Shown in pieces: positions 46,478 through 55,478 of a DNA stretch of 64,000 nucleotides (positions within the stretch are counted from its first letter, which is position 1; each line of letters begins with the position of its first letter). Both the position numbers and the translations under genes were made by a program. Where the stretch lies: NCBI GenBank assembly GCA_026936335.1, contig JAPMXV010000060.1, positions 186,001-250,000 on the forward strand. Direction: 5' to 3'. The stretch is from Mantamonas sphyraenae STR306 (lineage: Eukaryota; Protista; CRuMs). The notes beneath the pieces are model-generated. The model did no database searches. It was not told the origin of the DNA and saw only the letters and a program-made list of their open reading frames with translations.

Positions 46478-47389
46478 ATGTCGCGTCGCCTCATCCTCGT
46501 CGACACCTTTGAGGACGATTACGACAATGACGACGACGACTTTGAAGAGCAAGACGAGTATGAGGACGACTTTGACGACTTGGAGGACGACGACGACGAC
46601 GAGCAGCATCAGCAGCAGGACGAGCAGCAACTGGTGCTGGCCGCCCTCCTGCGTCGTGTTCGAAGCACAAACACAACACACACAGCCAAACGCAAACGCA
46701 AACGCAAACGCAAGCGAGTGGCCAAGGCCAGCACACACGCGCGCAAGCGAGCAGCGGTGAATGACGACGCTGGCGCAAACGCACGAGCCGCCGTTGCTGC
46801 TCGCCTGGCGCGAGTGCGCAGCAGCAGCAGCAGCAGCAGCAGCAGCACACAGGCACAGGCGACACCGAAGAGCAAGCCGACCAAGAGGTTACGCAAGCTT
46901 CAACAGCCTGTGGTCGCCCCAGGCGTCCTGGAACGCCTGCGAGCCACCACTGCCCTGCACAAACTCGCCCACACCAGCCCCAACCAGCTCGGCTCGCCCT
47001 TGCACAGTCCCACCACACGCAAACACATCCACCAGGCCTTCCATCGCCGTCACTTGCTCCAGCGTCTGCAACACGCACGCACACAACGCCTGACCCACGC
47101 CTGGCTCCACGACGGCCCGGCCGATATCGGCTCCACCGCACACGGCATCCTTGCCGAAATGGCCCTTCGACGTGACGCGGCCCCATCCTCATCCCCATCC
47201 TCTACCCTCCAACCATTGTTGCCCAATGACCAGCGACCTGTGGATAGGGCCGACCTCAAGGAGCAGCTCATCCAAAGCCTGCTTGAACGGGGCATCCATG
47301 ACGAGACGCTGGTACGTGCGGCCATGGGAGGACACACAGCTCTGGATCGCATCCTCATCCTGGCTGGCGACGATTGTGTGGAGGAATGA
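46478..47389 (+). CDS. Hypothetical, probably nuclear protein (acidic N-terminus, KRKRKRKR NLS)
   Basis: 3' part of ORF 45305-47389, starting at MSRRLILVDTFEDD. It ends in a TGA inside AATGAA. Confidence 0.55.
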   Translation: MSRRLILVDTFEDDYDNDDDDFEEQDEYEDDFDDLEDDDDDEQHQQQDEQQLVLAALLRRVRSTNTTHTAKRKRKRKRKRVAKASTHARKRAAVNDDAGANARAAVAARLARVRSSSSSSSSSTQAQATPKSKPTKRLRKLQQPVVAPGVLERLRATTALHKLAHTSPNQLGSPLHSPTTRKHIHQAFHRRHLLQRLQHARTQRLTHAWLHDGPADIGSTAHGILAEMALRRDAAPSSSPSSTLQPLLPNDQRPVDRADLKEQLIQSLLERGIHDETLVRAAMGGHTALDRILILAGDDCVEE

Positions 47390-47420
47390 ACACCCATGTC
47401 CCCCTGATGCAACGAATCTC

Positions 47421-48655
47421 ATGTCGTCCACCACCACCACCCCACCGCCCGTGATCCTCCTCTTTGGTTCCACAGGCTGGATTGGAGGCCAAATAAAGGA
47501 TCTCCTTGACGAGCAGGGCCTCGAGTGCATGTGTGCATCCCCAAAGGCTCGTCTCGAAGATCGCTACAGCATCATGCACGAACTCGACGCCGTGCAGCCC
47601 GATGTCGTCATCAACGCAGCTGGCATCGTATGTGTCTTGCCTCTCTTTCGTGCATGTGTCCCCCCCCCCTTCTTCTTCCTCTCGCCTCCGCTCACGCCTG
47701 CCCGCAGACCGGCAAACCCAATGTCGATTGGTGCGAGACGCACCGACAGGAAACCCTTCGGTAGGACGCCAGCCCCGAGTGCGAGAGCAGGCCGTGGACA
47801 CAGGTGCAAATGACTGACCCACACCTTTCTTTTGGGGGGTTGGTCCCACACAGCGTGAACGTCGTGGGCACACTGACCCTCGTGGACGTGTGCGCCCAGT
47901 ACGACATCCCCGTCACCAACTTTGCCACCGGCTGCATCTACGCCTACGATGACGACCACCCCATGTACAGCGGCATTGGGTTCACAGAGGACGACCCTCC
48001 CAACTTTGCCGGCTCCTACTATTCCAAGACCAAAGGCATGGTCGAAGAGGTAATTGGTTCCCAACTTCACACCAAACACCCACGCTCACACCCACCCCCT
48101 CCCCCCCTCTCCCCTCTCCCCTCTCTCTCTCCCCTCTCGTAGCTTCTGGCTGCCTACGACAACGTACTCACCCTGCGCATCCGCCTGCCCATCAGTGGCG
48201 ACTACAGCCCGCGCTGCCTGGTCTCCAAGTTGCTGAGTTTTGATCGGCTTGTGGAAGTGCCCAACTCCATCACCGTGCTGCCCACCATGCTGCCCCTGGC
48301 CATCCAAATGACCCTCGATGGACGCTTGGGCATCTACAACTTTACCAACCCGGGCACCATCACACACACAGACATCATGCAGCTGTACAAGACACACGTC
48401 GACCCGCACGTCTCCTGGGACACCTTTTCCCTCGAGGAGCAGGACAAAATCCTCCAGGCTCCTCGCTCCAACAATCACCTTGACACCAGCAAGCTCGAGG
48501 CCCTGTACAGCGTCCCTCCCGTCCATCAGGCCGTCGCAGACGTCCTCAAGGGCATGAAGCAGCAGCACATCATCACCCGTGGCAACGACCACGCCACCAC
48601 CGACAACATCATCAACAACAACAACATCAGCAACGACGATTCCACAGACAAATGA
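47421..48655 (+). CDS. NDP-4-keto-6-deoxyglucose 3,5-epimerase/4-reductase (NRS/ER, rhamnose synthesis), 4 exons
   Basis: Motifs LFGSTGWIGG, NAAGI|TGKPNVDWCE, NVVGTLTL, FATGCIYAYD, GFTEDDPPNFAGSYYSKTK, LRIRLPI and GIYNFTNPG. Three GT-AG introns. Confidence 0.9.
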
Positions 48656-48707
48656 ACCACGAAAGATGCATCGCACGCGGGTGAACCCATCCCATTTTCA
48701 CACACAC

Positions 48708-48737
48708 ACTCACTCACTCACTCACTCACTCACTCAC
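48708..48737 (+). repeat. (CACT)n microsatellite directly upstream of an ATG
   Basis: About 7 CACT units preceded by a CA run. Confidence 0.85.
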
Positions 48738-48738
48738 C

Positions 48739-49352
48739 ATGTCCTCCCTTGACAAGGCGGAGGATGCCCAGGCACCTGCATCGGTGCCCTCTCGCGACAC
48801 ACGGTTGCGTGTGGCGTACGTGGTGGGCGACGACGAGTTGCATGATCGCGAGTTTGGTCTGGGGCGCCTGGTCAAAATCATCGACTTGTTTGCAGGCGCC
48901 ATTTCCGCAGTCCATGCACAGGGACCCGTGGCCACCGTGTGCATCGATAGGGTCACATTGCAACCGGGGGTGACCGTGGTCCACGGCGATTTCGTCGAGT
49001 TTGTGGGCCAGGTCATCCGTGTGGGCTCCTCCTCCATGCTCATCGAAATTGTGGCCACCAAACACGACACCCTCAGTGGAGAGAAGCTCATGGCGGTGCG
49101 CACCTACGTCACCATGGTGGCCATCGACCCAGAAACACTGCGTCCGCGCAAGGGGCTGACCAAGGTCCACTTTGGCAAGGGCAGCGACCGAAGCAAAGTG
49201 ACCGCACACCTCAAAAGCATGGCCCAGATGCGCTCTAACTGGCAGCACATCAACGAACGCCTCGACAGGCGATACGCAGAGGGCAACGTGCGTCCCTCGG
49301 ACGTGCGAGCGTGGCACGAGAGCGAGGATGAGATGGGCAGCGGTGGCAAAGG

Positions 49353-49384
<32 letters not shown>

Positions 49385-49992
49385 CAGCCATGCCCCGCAT
49401 TTCCGTCCCAGTGGCAAACACCCGCATTGTGTTTTCCCACCAGAATCTGCCACGGTCGCAAAACAACAATGGGACGGTGTTTGGGGGCGACCACGTGTTT
49501 GAACTGGCCAAGATCGCACGCCACACCGCTGCCCGTTTCTGTGGCACCCAACGCGTGCGCGTGGTGGCTTTCAACAGCCTTGTGTTCAAGCAACCCCTGC
49601 GCACCGTCGACATGGTGCAAACAGAGGCTCACGTCGTCTATGTGCGCAGGCACACCGTCAACGTCCACCTCACCGTGCGCAAGTACGGCCCCGACGACGA
49701 CCACTGGTCCGTGTCCCACACGGGCCTCTTTGTCGTCGGCACCTTTGACAGCACAGGACGACCACAACGCGTCACACGCAAGCTGGACCTCACACACGCC
49801 ACACAGCAGCAGCTGCGCTGGTTCGAAGAGAGCGACCACGCCTACCGCTTCTGGCTCAAGTACCGAGGCCTGTTTGACTCCTCCTCCCTCGACTTGGGTC
49901 AGGACGCTGACGACAACGCCGGCGGCAGCGGCAGCGGCGGCGGCAGCGGCGCCTCCCACGATGCCACCCCGCTTCTCCGAGCCAAACTCTGA
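48739..49992 (+). CDS. Double hot-dog acyl-CoA thioesterase
   Basis: GRLVKIIDLFAG..VATVCIDRV..VIRVGSSSMLIEI..YVTMVAID, and a second domain NNNGTVFGG..FKQPL. Confidence 0.85.
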
Positions 49993-50057
49993 GCAGAGTC
50001 ACACACACACACACGCCACAATGCACGCTACTCGGTCGCCATCATCCATTCTCTCCT

Positions 50058-50564
50058 TTACAATTCGTCCTTCATTTGCCGTGCAGAGGTCACATAGTAC
50101 CGCACCTGGTCGATAAAGTAGTTGCCAATCAGGTGGGCGTCCTCCACGAGCGAGGTGCGTCGCCAGCGCACTGTAGATGCCATGGCCTCCTGCAACGAAT
50201 CCTCAGTGGTCAGATCGCGATGCAGCACACCCACCAGCTCGTCCTGGTGGGCCTCCACAAGGTGATCCACAAAGCGGCAAAACTCCTTGCACACCGGCTC
50301 CTCCTTGAGCAGATCCAGGCACGATCTGTCGCACGAATTGTGCAGCAGATTCGCTGCATGTCGCACATACAAGTCCTTGGACGTTTCATCCACCTCCACG
50401 TCCAGGTCCATGTGCACAGCGCGTTGACCTTGCACCACCTCGACCGCAAACACGCACATCAACACACACGCCACACTTGCCATCATCCACACTCCCCCTC
50501 CCCCTCCTCCTCCCCGACCACCCATGCACATCCTGTCCGCAACTCTCCGGCTCGTGGTTGTCAT
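50058..50564 (-). CDS. Small secreted or membrane-anchored Cys-containing protein
   Basis: Hydrophobic signal-like segment VWMMASVACVLMCVFAVEVVQG, four Cys, and C-terminal MKDEL (ER-retrieval signal). Confidence 0.6.
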   Translation of the reverse strand: MTTTSRRVADRMCMGGRGGGGGGGVWMMASVACVLMCVFAVEVVQGQRAVHMDLDVEVDETSKDLYVRHAANLLHNSCDRSCLDLLKEEPVCKEFCRFVDHLVEAHQDELVGVLHRDLTTEDSLQEAMASTVRWRRTSLVEDAHLIGNYFIDQVRYYVTSARQMKDEL

Positions 50565-50614
50565 TTTTGCCTTGACACACCCATCGCAAAAACCCGCACA
50601 CACCCTCCACGCCC

Positions 50615-51901
50615 ATGCACCAACCCCTCCTCGACGACAAACACGTCACTTCCGGAGGCGGTGACAACGACAGTGACGACGACGACGACGGTGATTCTGA
50701 TCATTCGCAGCAGGCAACCGACCCTTTTCGCGAGGTGTCCATGAGGGATCACAGGTCGCGTGTGTCCCTCGAAAGCTCCCTCCACTCCTGGCACCAAAGG
50801 CTCAGTCTCCTCCCTCTTCGCTTTCTCATGGCATCCGTAGGTGCGTTTCCCTCCGTGGACATCACCCAGGAGCTTCTCAGTGTCGACTACGACCCAGACG
50901 TCCTCTTCAACCTCAACACTATCCGAGCAAGCCACCTCTTTCCAGCAAACACCTTTCAGTCAGACCCAAGCTGGCTTCCCTGGCTCAAGTTTTCCTGGAG
51001 CATCACCATCATCCTCCTCTACGCCTTCTCCATGACCATGTACATTCTCGAGGTGCCCTCATACGCCCTCCTCTTCACCGTCCTTGGCGAATTCCCAGCC
51101 ACTGCCATCTGTGTGTTTTCCATCCGCCTCCTGGCCTTCCGTACCATTGCCATCTTCCACTACTACCGCTGCACGCTCGATCCCGAGCGGTTCGAGCGCG
51201 CCATGTTCCGCAGCGGCGTGTGCAACTGGCTCGTGCTTCCCATCATCCTCGTCTCCACCACAACCAAGCTGGTCTTTGACAGCTACACGGGCGACGCCAA
51301 CGTTCCTGAGAGTATTCGACAAACCATCATCCTGGCCGCCGTTGCCGTTGCCTTTTGCTTGGTCGGCTTTGTCGGCTTGCTCACTCGCGCACACGCCCTC
51401 TCTGTCCTCCAGCACATCATCCATGGCCTTCCGGACCCCACACGCGTCCATTGGGAGTTTCGCAATGCCCTCGAGTGGATCAACGCCGCAGCACTCGTTC
51501 CCTTCCTCGGCATCACCCTCCTCATGGGCATCAACGCCCTCCTCTTTGCCATCATCGCCCTGGAACAACCAGAGGGCATCACTGCCTCCTCTATTCAAGG
51601 TGTAGTGGGCTTCATCATCCCCATCTTCATCCCAATCGTGCCCGCTGCCCTCGTCACCGCCATCTGCCAGCGCATCCAGGACGCTGCCAACAGCCAGCTC
51701 GCAAAGGTGCCTCCCGACCAGGATTGCACCCAACAGCTCAAACTTGTCCACCACATGACCCTCGCTCGCGACGTTGGCGGTCGCATTGGTGGAGTTTTGA
51801 TTACGCCGTCTCTGGCTGCAAATCTGTCTTACAGCGTTGTCCTTGCCATCGCTACGTCACTGCAGTACGGACGCCGAGGTGGATCCTTCACCTTTGGCTG
51901 A
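50615..51901 (+). CDS. Multi-pass (about 7TM) membrane protein, gustatory-receptor-like (GRL/DUF3537, 7TM ion channel superfamily)
   Basis: About 7 hydrophobic segments and no signal peptide. The C-terminal GGRIGGVLITPSLAANLSYSVVLAIATSLQY resembles the TM7a/b signature that ends TYhhhhhQF. Confidence 0.6.
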   Translation: MHQPLLDDKHVTSGGGDNDSDDDDDGDSDHSQQATDPFREVSMRDHRSRVSLESSLHSWHQRLSLLPLRFLMASVGAFPSVDITQELLSVDYDPDVLFNLNTIRASHLFPANTFQSDPSWLPWLKFSWSITIILLYAFSMTMYILEVPSYALLFTVLGEFPATAICVFSIRLLAFRTIAIFHYYRCTLDPERFERAMFRSGVCNWLVLPIILVSTTTKLVFDSYTGDANVPESIRQTIILAAVAVAFCLVGFVGLLTRAHALSVLQHIIHGLPDPTRVHWEFRNALEWINAAALVPFLGITLLMGINALLFAIIALEQPEGITASSIQGVVGFIIPIFIPIVPAALVTAICQRIQDAANSQLAKVPPDQDCTQQLKLVHHMTLARDVGGRIGGVLITPSLAANLSYSVVLAIATSLQYGRRGGSFTFG

Positions 51902-51962
51902 CGACTGTCAAAGTCGTCCACATGCGCACCGCTCCGCACGACTCAATCAAAATCCATCTTTC

Positions 51963-53671
51963 ATGCTCTCGAGGCGCGTTGTCCCCGCAATTGGGTTGCT
52001 TGCGGCTCTCCTGGTGTTCTGCACCCCCACTGTACATGCAGTTTGCTACGGCAATCTGTCCATGGTGATGGCCCTGGACGGTAGCGGCTCCATCAACGAC
52101 CAGGATTTTGCCCGCAGCATCTCCTTTGGCGAACAGCTCCTGGACGCCTTCCAGTCCCCGACAAAGAGTGTGGCCATGGGCATCATCCAATTCTCTGAAC
52201 AGCTGGGCTACCCCAACCTCAATGACGAAGCCCTGCTCTCCAACGACCTCAAGGCTCTCAAGGACAAACTCAAGACCGCCCGCCAGCTCAAACAGGCCAC
52301 AGACATTGCTAGGCCCCTTAAGGAGGCCATGCGCATGCTCCAAGCCGACAAGCGCACCGGCATCCCCGACGTCGTCTTTCTTGTTACAGACGGTGCCTCA
52401 AACCGCGGCGAAGGTAAGGAATGCCCGTCCCTTCCTTTCTTTCCTTGCCGCGTGCTCATTCCCGTGTCTGTCCCTCCACTCCCTTGCTCTTCCCTCCGCT
52501 CACAATTCCTCACCTGCGCCCCATCCTGCCCTCTGGCCCACAGATCCCGTTGCACAAGCACAGGTGCTCAAGAACGCGGGCATTCGCATTTTTGTCGTCG
52601 CCGTGGGCGACGCTGCCTCTGGCAGCGCACAGATCAATGCCATCGCGTCGCAGCCCACCGCCAGTAGGTTCCCCTCCCCCCACGTCTTGCTTGCACACAC
52701 GCCGTGTGTTCCCAATTCTCCACCAACGACCGTTGTTGTCATTTTTCGCGCGCCTGGTTCACTCGCCTCACACACCCTTGCAACGCACGCCATGTGTCGA
52801 ATCGCGACGTGCCACACACACACACACACACACAGAACACGTGTTCACCGTGCAAACTGCGGCGGAGCTGTCGCGCAACGTCAACGCGGTGCTGGAGCAA
52901 ATTTGCATCGCCGTCATTTCCATCAAACCCAACGAAGGCTGCCTGGAAGGCGGCACCGTGGTCAACATCACCGGCAGTGGATTGAACCAGGGCTTCGACA
53001 ACCAGACACGGTGCATGTTTGGCAACACCAGTGTGCCTGCACGTGCCATCAACGCCTCTTTTGCCCAGTGCACCGCCCCGAAAACAAACAAGACGGGCAA
53101 TGTCAGCCTCGAGGTGACCACTGACGGCGGCGTCTACTACACACAGAACCAGCGCCAGTTCAAGTATGTCTATTGCCCCGTCCTGTGGCCCCTGTGGCTC
53201 CTTCTGCTTCTCCCGCTGGGCGCTCTCGCCTTTTTCTACCGCAAGTACAAACGGGACATGGAAGAGGACGAAGCCTCGCTACTCGGCTCGCAGATGCCCG
53301 TTGTACCCGTGGCCCCGCACAAGGCACCACCCGCTGTACCCGCAGGCAAGAAATGGAAGGAAGTCGAGGCCGGCGGTTACCTGTGGGCCATGAGTGGTGG
53401 CGGTGCACGTCGCCTCTCTGTCCGTTGGGGTGACTTGGGAGGCACCGAAAGTGCTCCCACCGACTTTGCTCACAATGTGCGCGTGTACGAAAACACGGGC
53501 AACTGGCTCGTCGACACCGAAACTGGCCATGCCCTCCCGTTTCATCAGCAGATGCTCAACTGCGCCTGCTGCTGCAAACCCCCGCAAGAGGAGCGTGTCC
53601 AGCACCGCCATCCCCGCCAAGAGAGCGTCGAAGGTCACATGGAGCAGGTGTATTTGCCACCGAAAGTGTAG
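51963..53671 (+). CDS. Anthrax toxin receptor (ANTXR/TEM8/CMG2)-like type I membrane protein: SP-vWA-Ig/IPT-TM-tail, 3 exons
   Basis: Introns 52414-52543 and 52664-52835. CYGNLSMVMALDGSGS (MIDAS), LVTDG, HVFTV..ICIAVISIKPNEGC..ITGSGL, a TM helix, then KKWKEVEAGGY..GGGARRLSVRWGDLGGTE. Confidence 0.8.
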
Positions 53672-53689
53672 AATCTGGTTTTCACTCGT

Positions 53690-55384
53690 TCAAACCACCA
53701 CCACCACTCCAACTCCAGCCCCTCCTCCCTGCAACCCTTGATCCTTCCTCGTAAGCTCTTGTGCATGCAGACGCCTCTCCTCACGTCGTGCACCCAACCA
53801 TGCAATCTGCTGTCGGTCGCCCGCTACTTTCCGGTTGATCTCAGTCACCACCGTAGCCAACAGTAGCATGCCCGCCACAAAGGCCACAAGAGCGGTGTAA
53901 TAAAACACGAGCAGCAGCACAATGGGCCCATCGCCCGAATTGGCCGCCACAACATCAGCCCAGTTTGCTGCTCCCGGGGCGCCAAACATCAAGCCAAACA
54001 ACACCAGCATCACTGCAGGGGCGACCAGGTTGGTGGCATACAGCCAGGTGAGAACACACAGCACGCTCCAGTGGCGTAAATGGCGCCCCCGGGTGAACGG
54101 GAGAAACCTGTACCGCGGCAATCCCGTTCGCTTTTCACCCGTCAACCCATCTGGGAAACACATCACACGCTGGTTGACTTCGAGACGCTTCATCATCATG
54201 GCACGGCGCAAGTTGACACAGTCCAGGCCCAGATGACGCGGTGCTTCGCGCATCGATCGCTTCGACAGCACCTCGACCAGGATGCTTGAATCCGAAGAAC
54301 GGTGGGCATCATCCATCCAGTAGAGTCGCACCAGCACAAACAGACACGTCAGTGGGAATGCAGTGATGAAAAACCCCGTCATCAAGCCCGTAATCACAGC
54401 CACCACGCGTGTCGTCGCCACCTCCCATCGTGAGTAGCTGTAGTCGATGCCTTCTTCCAGCTCAGTGACATTGTACACGACCATGAAAAAACCCGTGAGC
54501 AGCCGTGGGGCACTGATGTTCCACAGCAGCATGGCAGCCTCCGGCGAGTAGCTCTGCGCAAACGACAGCAGCATGAGCATGAGGATGTCGGTAGCCATGA
54601 AGCACATGGGAATGTACACCTTCCTCGGCACGGATGCATCCAGACCCAAAGTGTAGGTTTTGCTGAAGATCTGCAGGAGGGAGATGCAAATCGACACCAC
54701 TGCCACCGAATCCACCTCTCTCGTTTCAAGCTGCACATAGAACTGCAACACAGACAAGGGGATGGCCTCCACCACGGTCTCCACAAAAAGTCCTGCTTCA
54801 CGCAACGCACGTCGCAGCATCTGTTCGTGGAACATTTCGCTCTTGATCTCCACGTCGTCCTTCAGCTGCGACGCACTCGCAATAAAGGCTTCGGCCACCT
54901 CATCCGTGTACTTGGACGCACTGCCGCCGCTGTACATCAGCCAGTTGTCCAGTTCGAGGTAGTTAACAACCCACATGTACAGCGGAAGCACGGGGAAGGT
55001 CAACCCACATACCCACATGCTCCACTTGGACACCAAGTCGCCCTTGCTGTTTTGATAAAGATGCCGCTTGTTTGCTTTGATGCCCTCGGCGATGTTCATG
55101 ATCACGACAAAGAGGGACACGGCCGGAGCAATCGACCAGAAAACCATGCCAATCTGAAAATAGCTGTCCAGACCACGTGCGTGGTAGCCCAGCAGCACAA
55201 TGATGTCTGTGATGACGTCCAAAAGGTAGAGTAGGGGCACGGCGAGATCGTAGAGCATCGACAAGCTCGTGCGCAAACACTGCCCTCCTGCACTCTGCTG
55301 CCTGTGTCGCTCCTGCGCCTCATGGGTCATCTGGCTCAACGTTTTACGTCGCACAGTATTGCCCGAACTGCCAAACCCCTCCAT
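53690..55384 (-). CDS. XK-related-like polytopic membrane protein
   Basis: LYLLDVITDIIVLLGY, FVETVVEAIPLSVLQFY and SICISLLQI match the XK-family pattern. About 10 TM segments. Confidence 0.6.
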   Translation of the reverse strand: MEGFGSSGNTVRRKTLSQMTHEAQERHRQQSAGGQCLRTSLSMLYDLAVPLLYLLDVITDIIVLLGYHARGLDSYFQIGMVFWSIAPAVSLFVVIMNIAEGIKANKRHLYQNSKGDLVSKWSMWVCGLTFPVLPLYMWVVNYLELDNWLMYSGGSASKYTDEVAEAFIASASQLKDDVEIKSEMFHEQMLRRALREAGLFVETVVEAIPLSVLQFYVQLETREVDSVAVVSICISLLQIFSKTYTLGLDASVPRKVYIPMCFMATDILMLMLLSFAQSYSPEAAMLLWNISAPRLLTGFFMVVYNVTELEEGIDYSYSRWEVATTRVVAVITGLMTGFFITAFPLTCLFVLVRLYWMDDAHRSSDSSILVEVLSKRSMREAPRHLGLDCVNLRRAMMMKRLEVNQRVMCFPDGLTGEKRTGLPRYRFLPFTRGRHLRHWSVLCVLTWLYATNLVAPAVMLVLFGLMFGAPGAANWADVVAANSGDGPIVLLLVFYYTALVAFVAGMLLLATVVTEINRKVAGDRQQIAWLGARREERRLHAQELTRKDQGLQGGGAGVGVVVVV

Positions 55385-55478
55385 TGAGCTGTGTATTCCT
55401 CGGGAAACGCCTGCGCCTGAATCTGAATTCCTTGCCCCGACACACGCACCCACGCACAACTCCCCTCCCCCGACTTCC

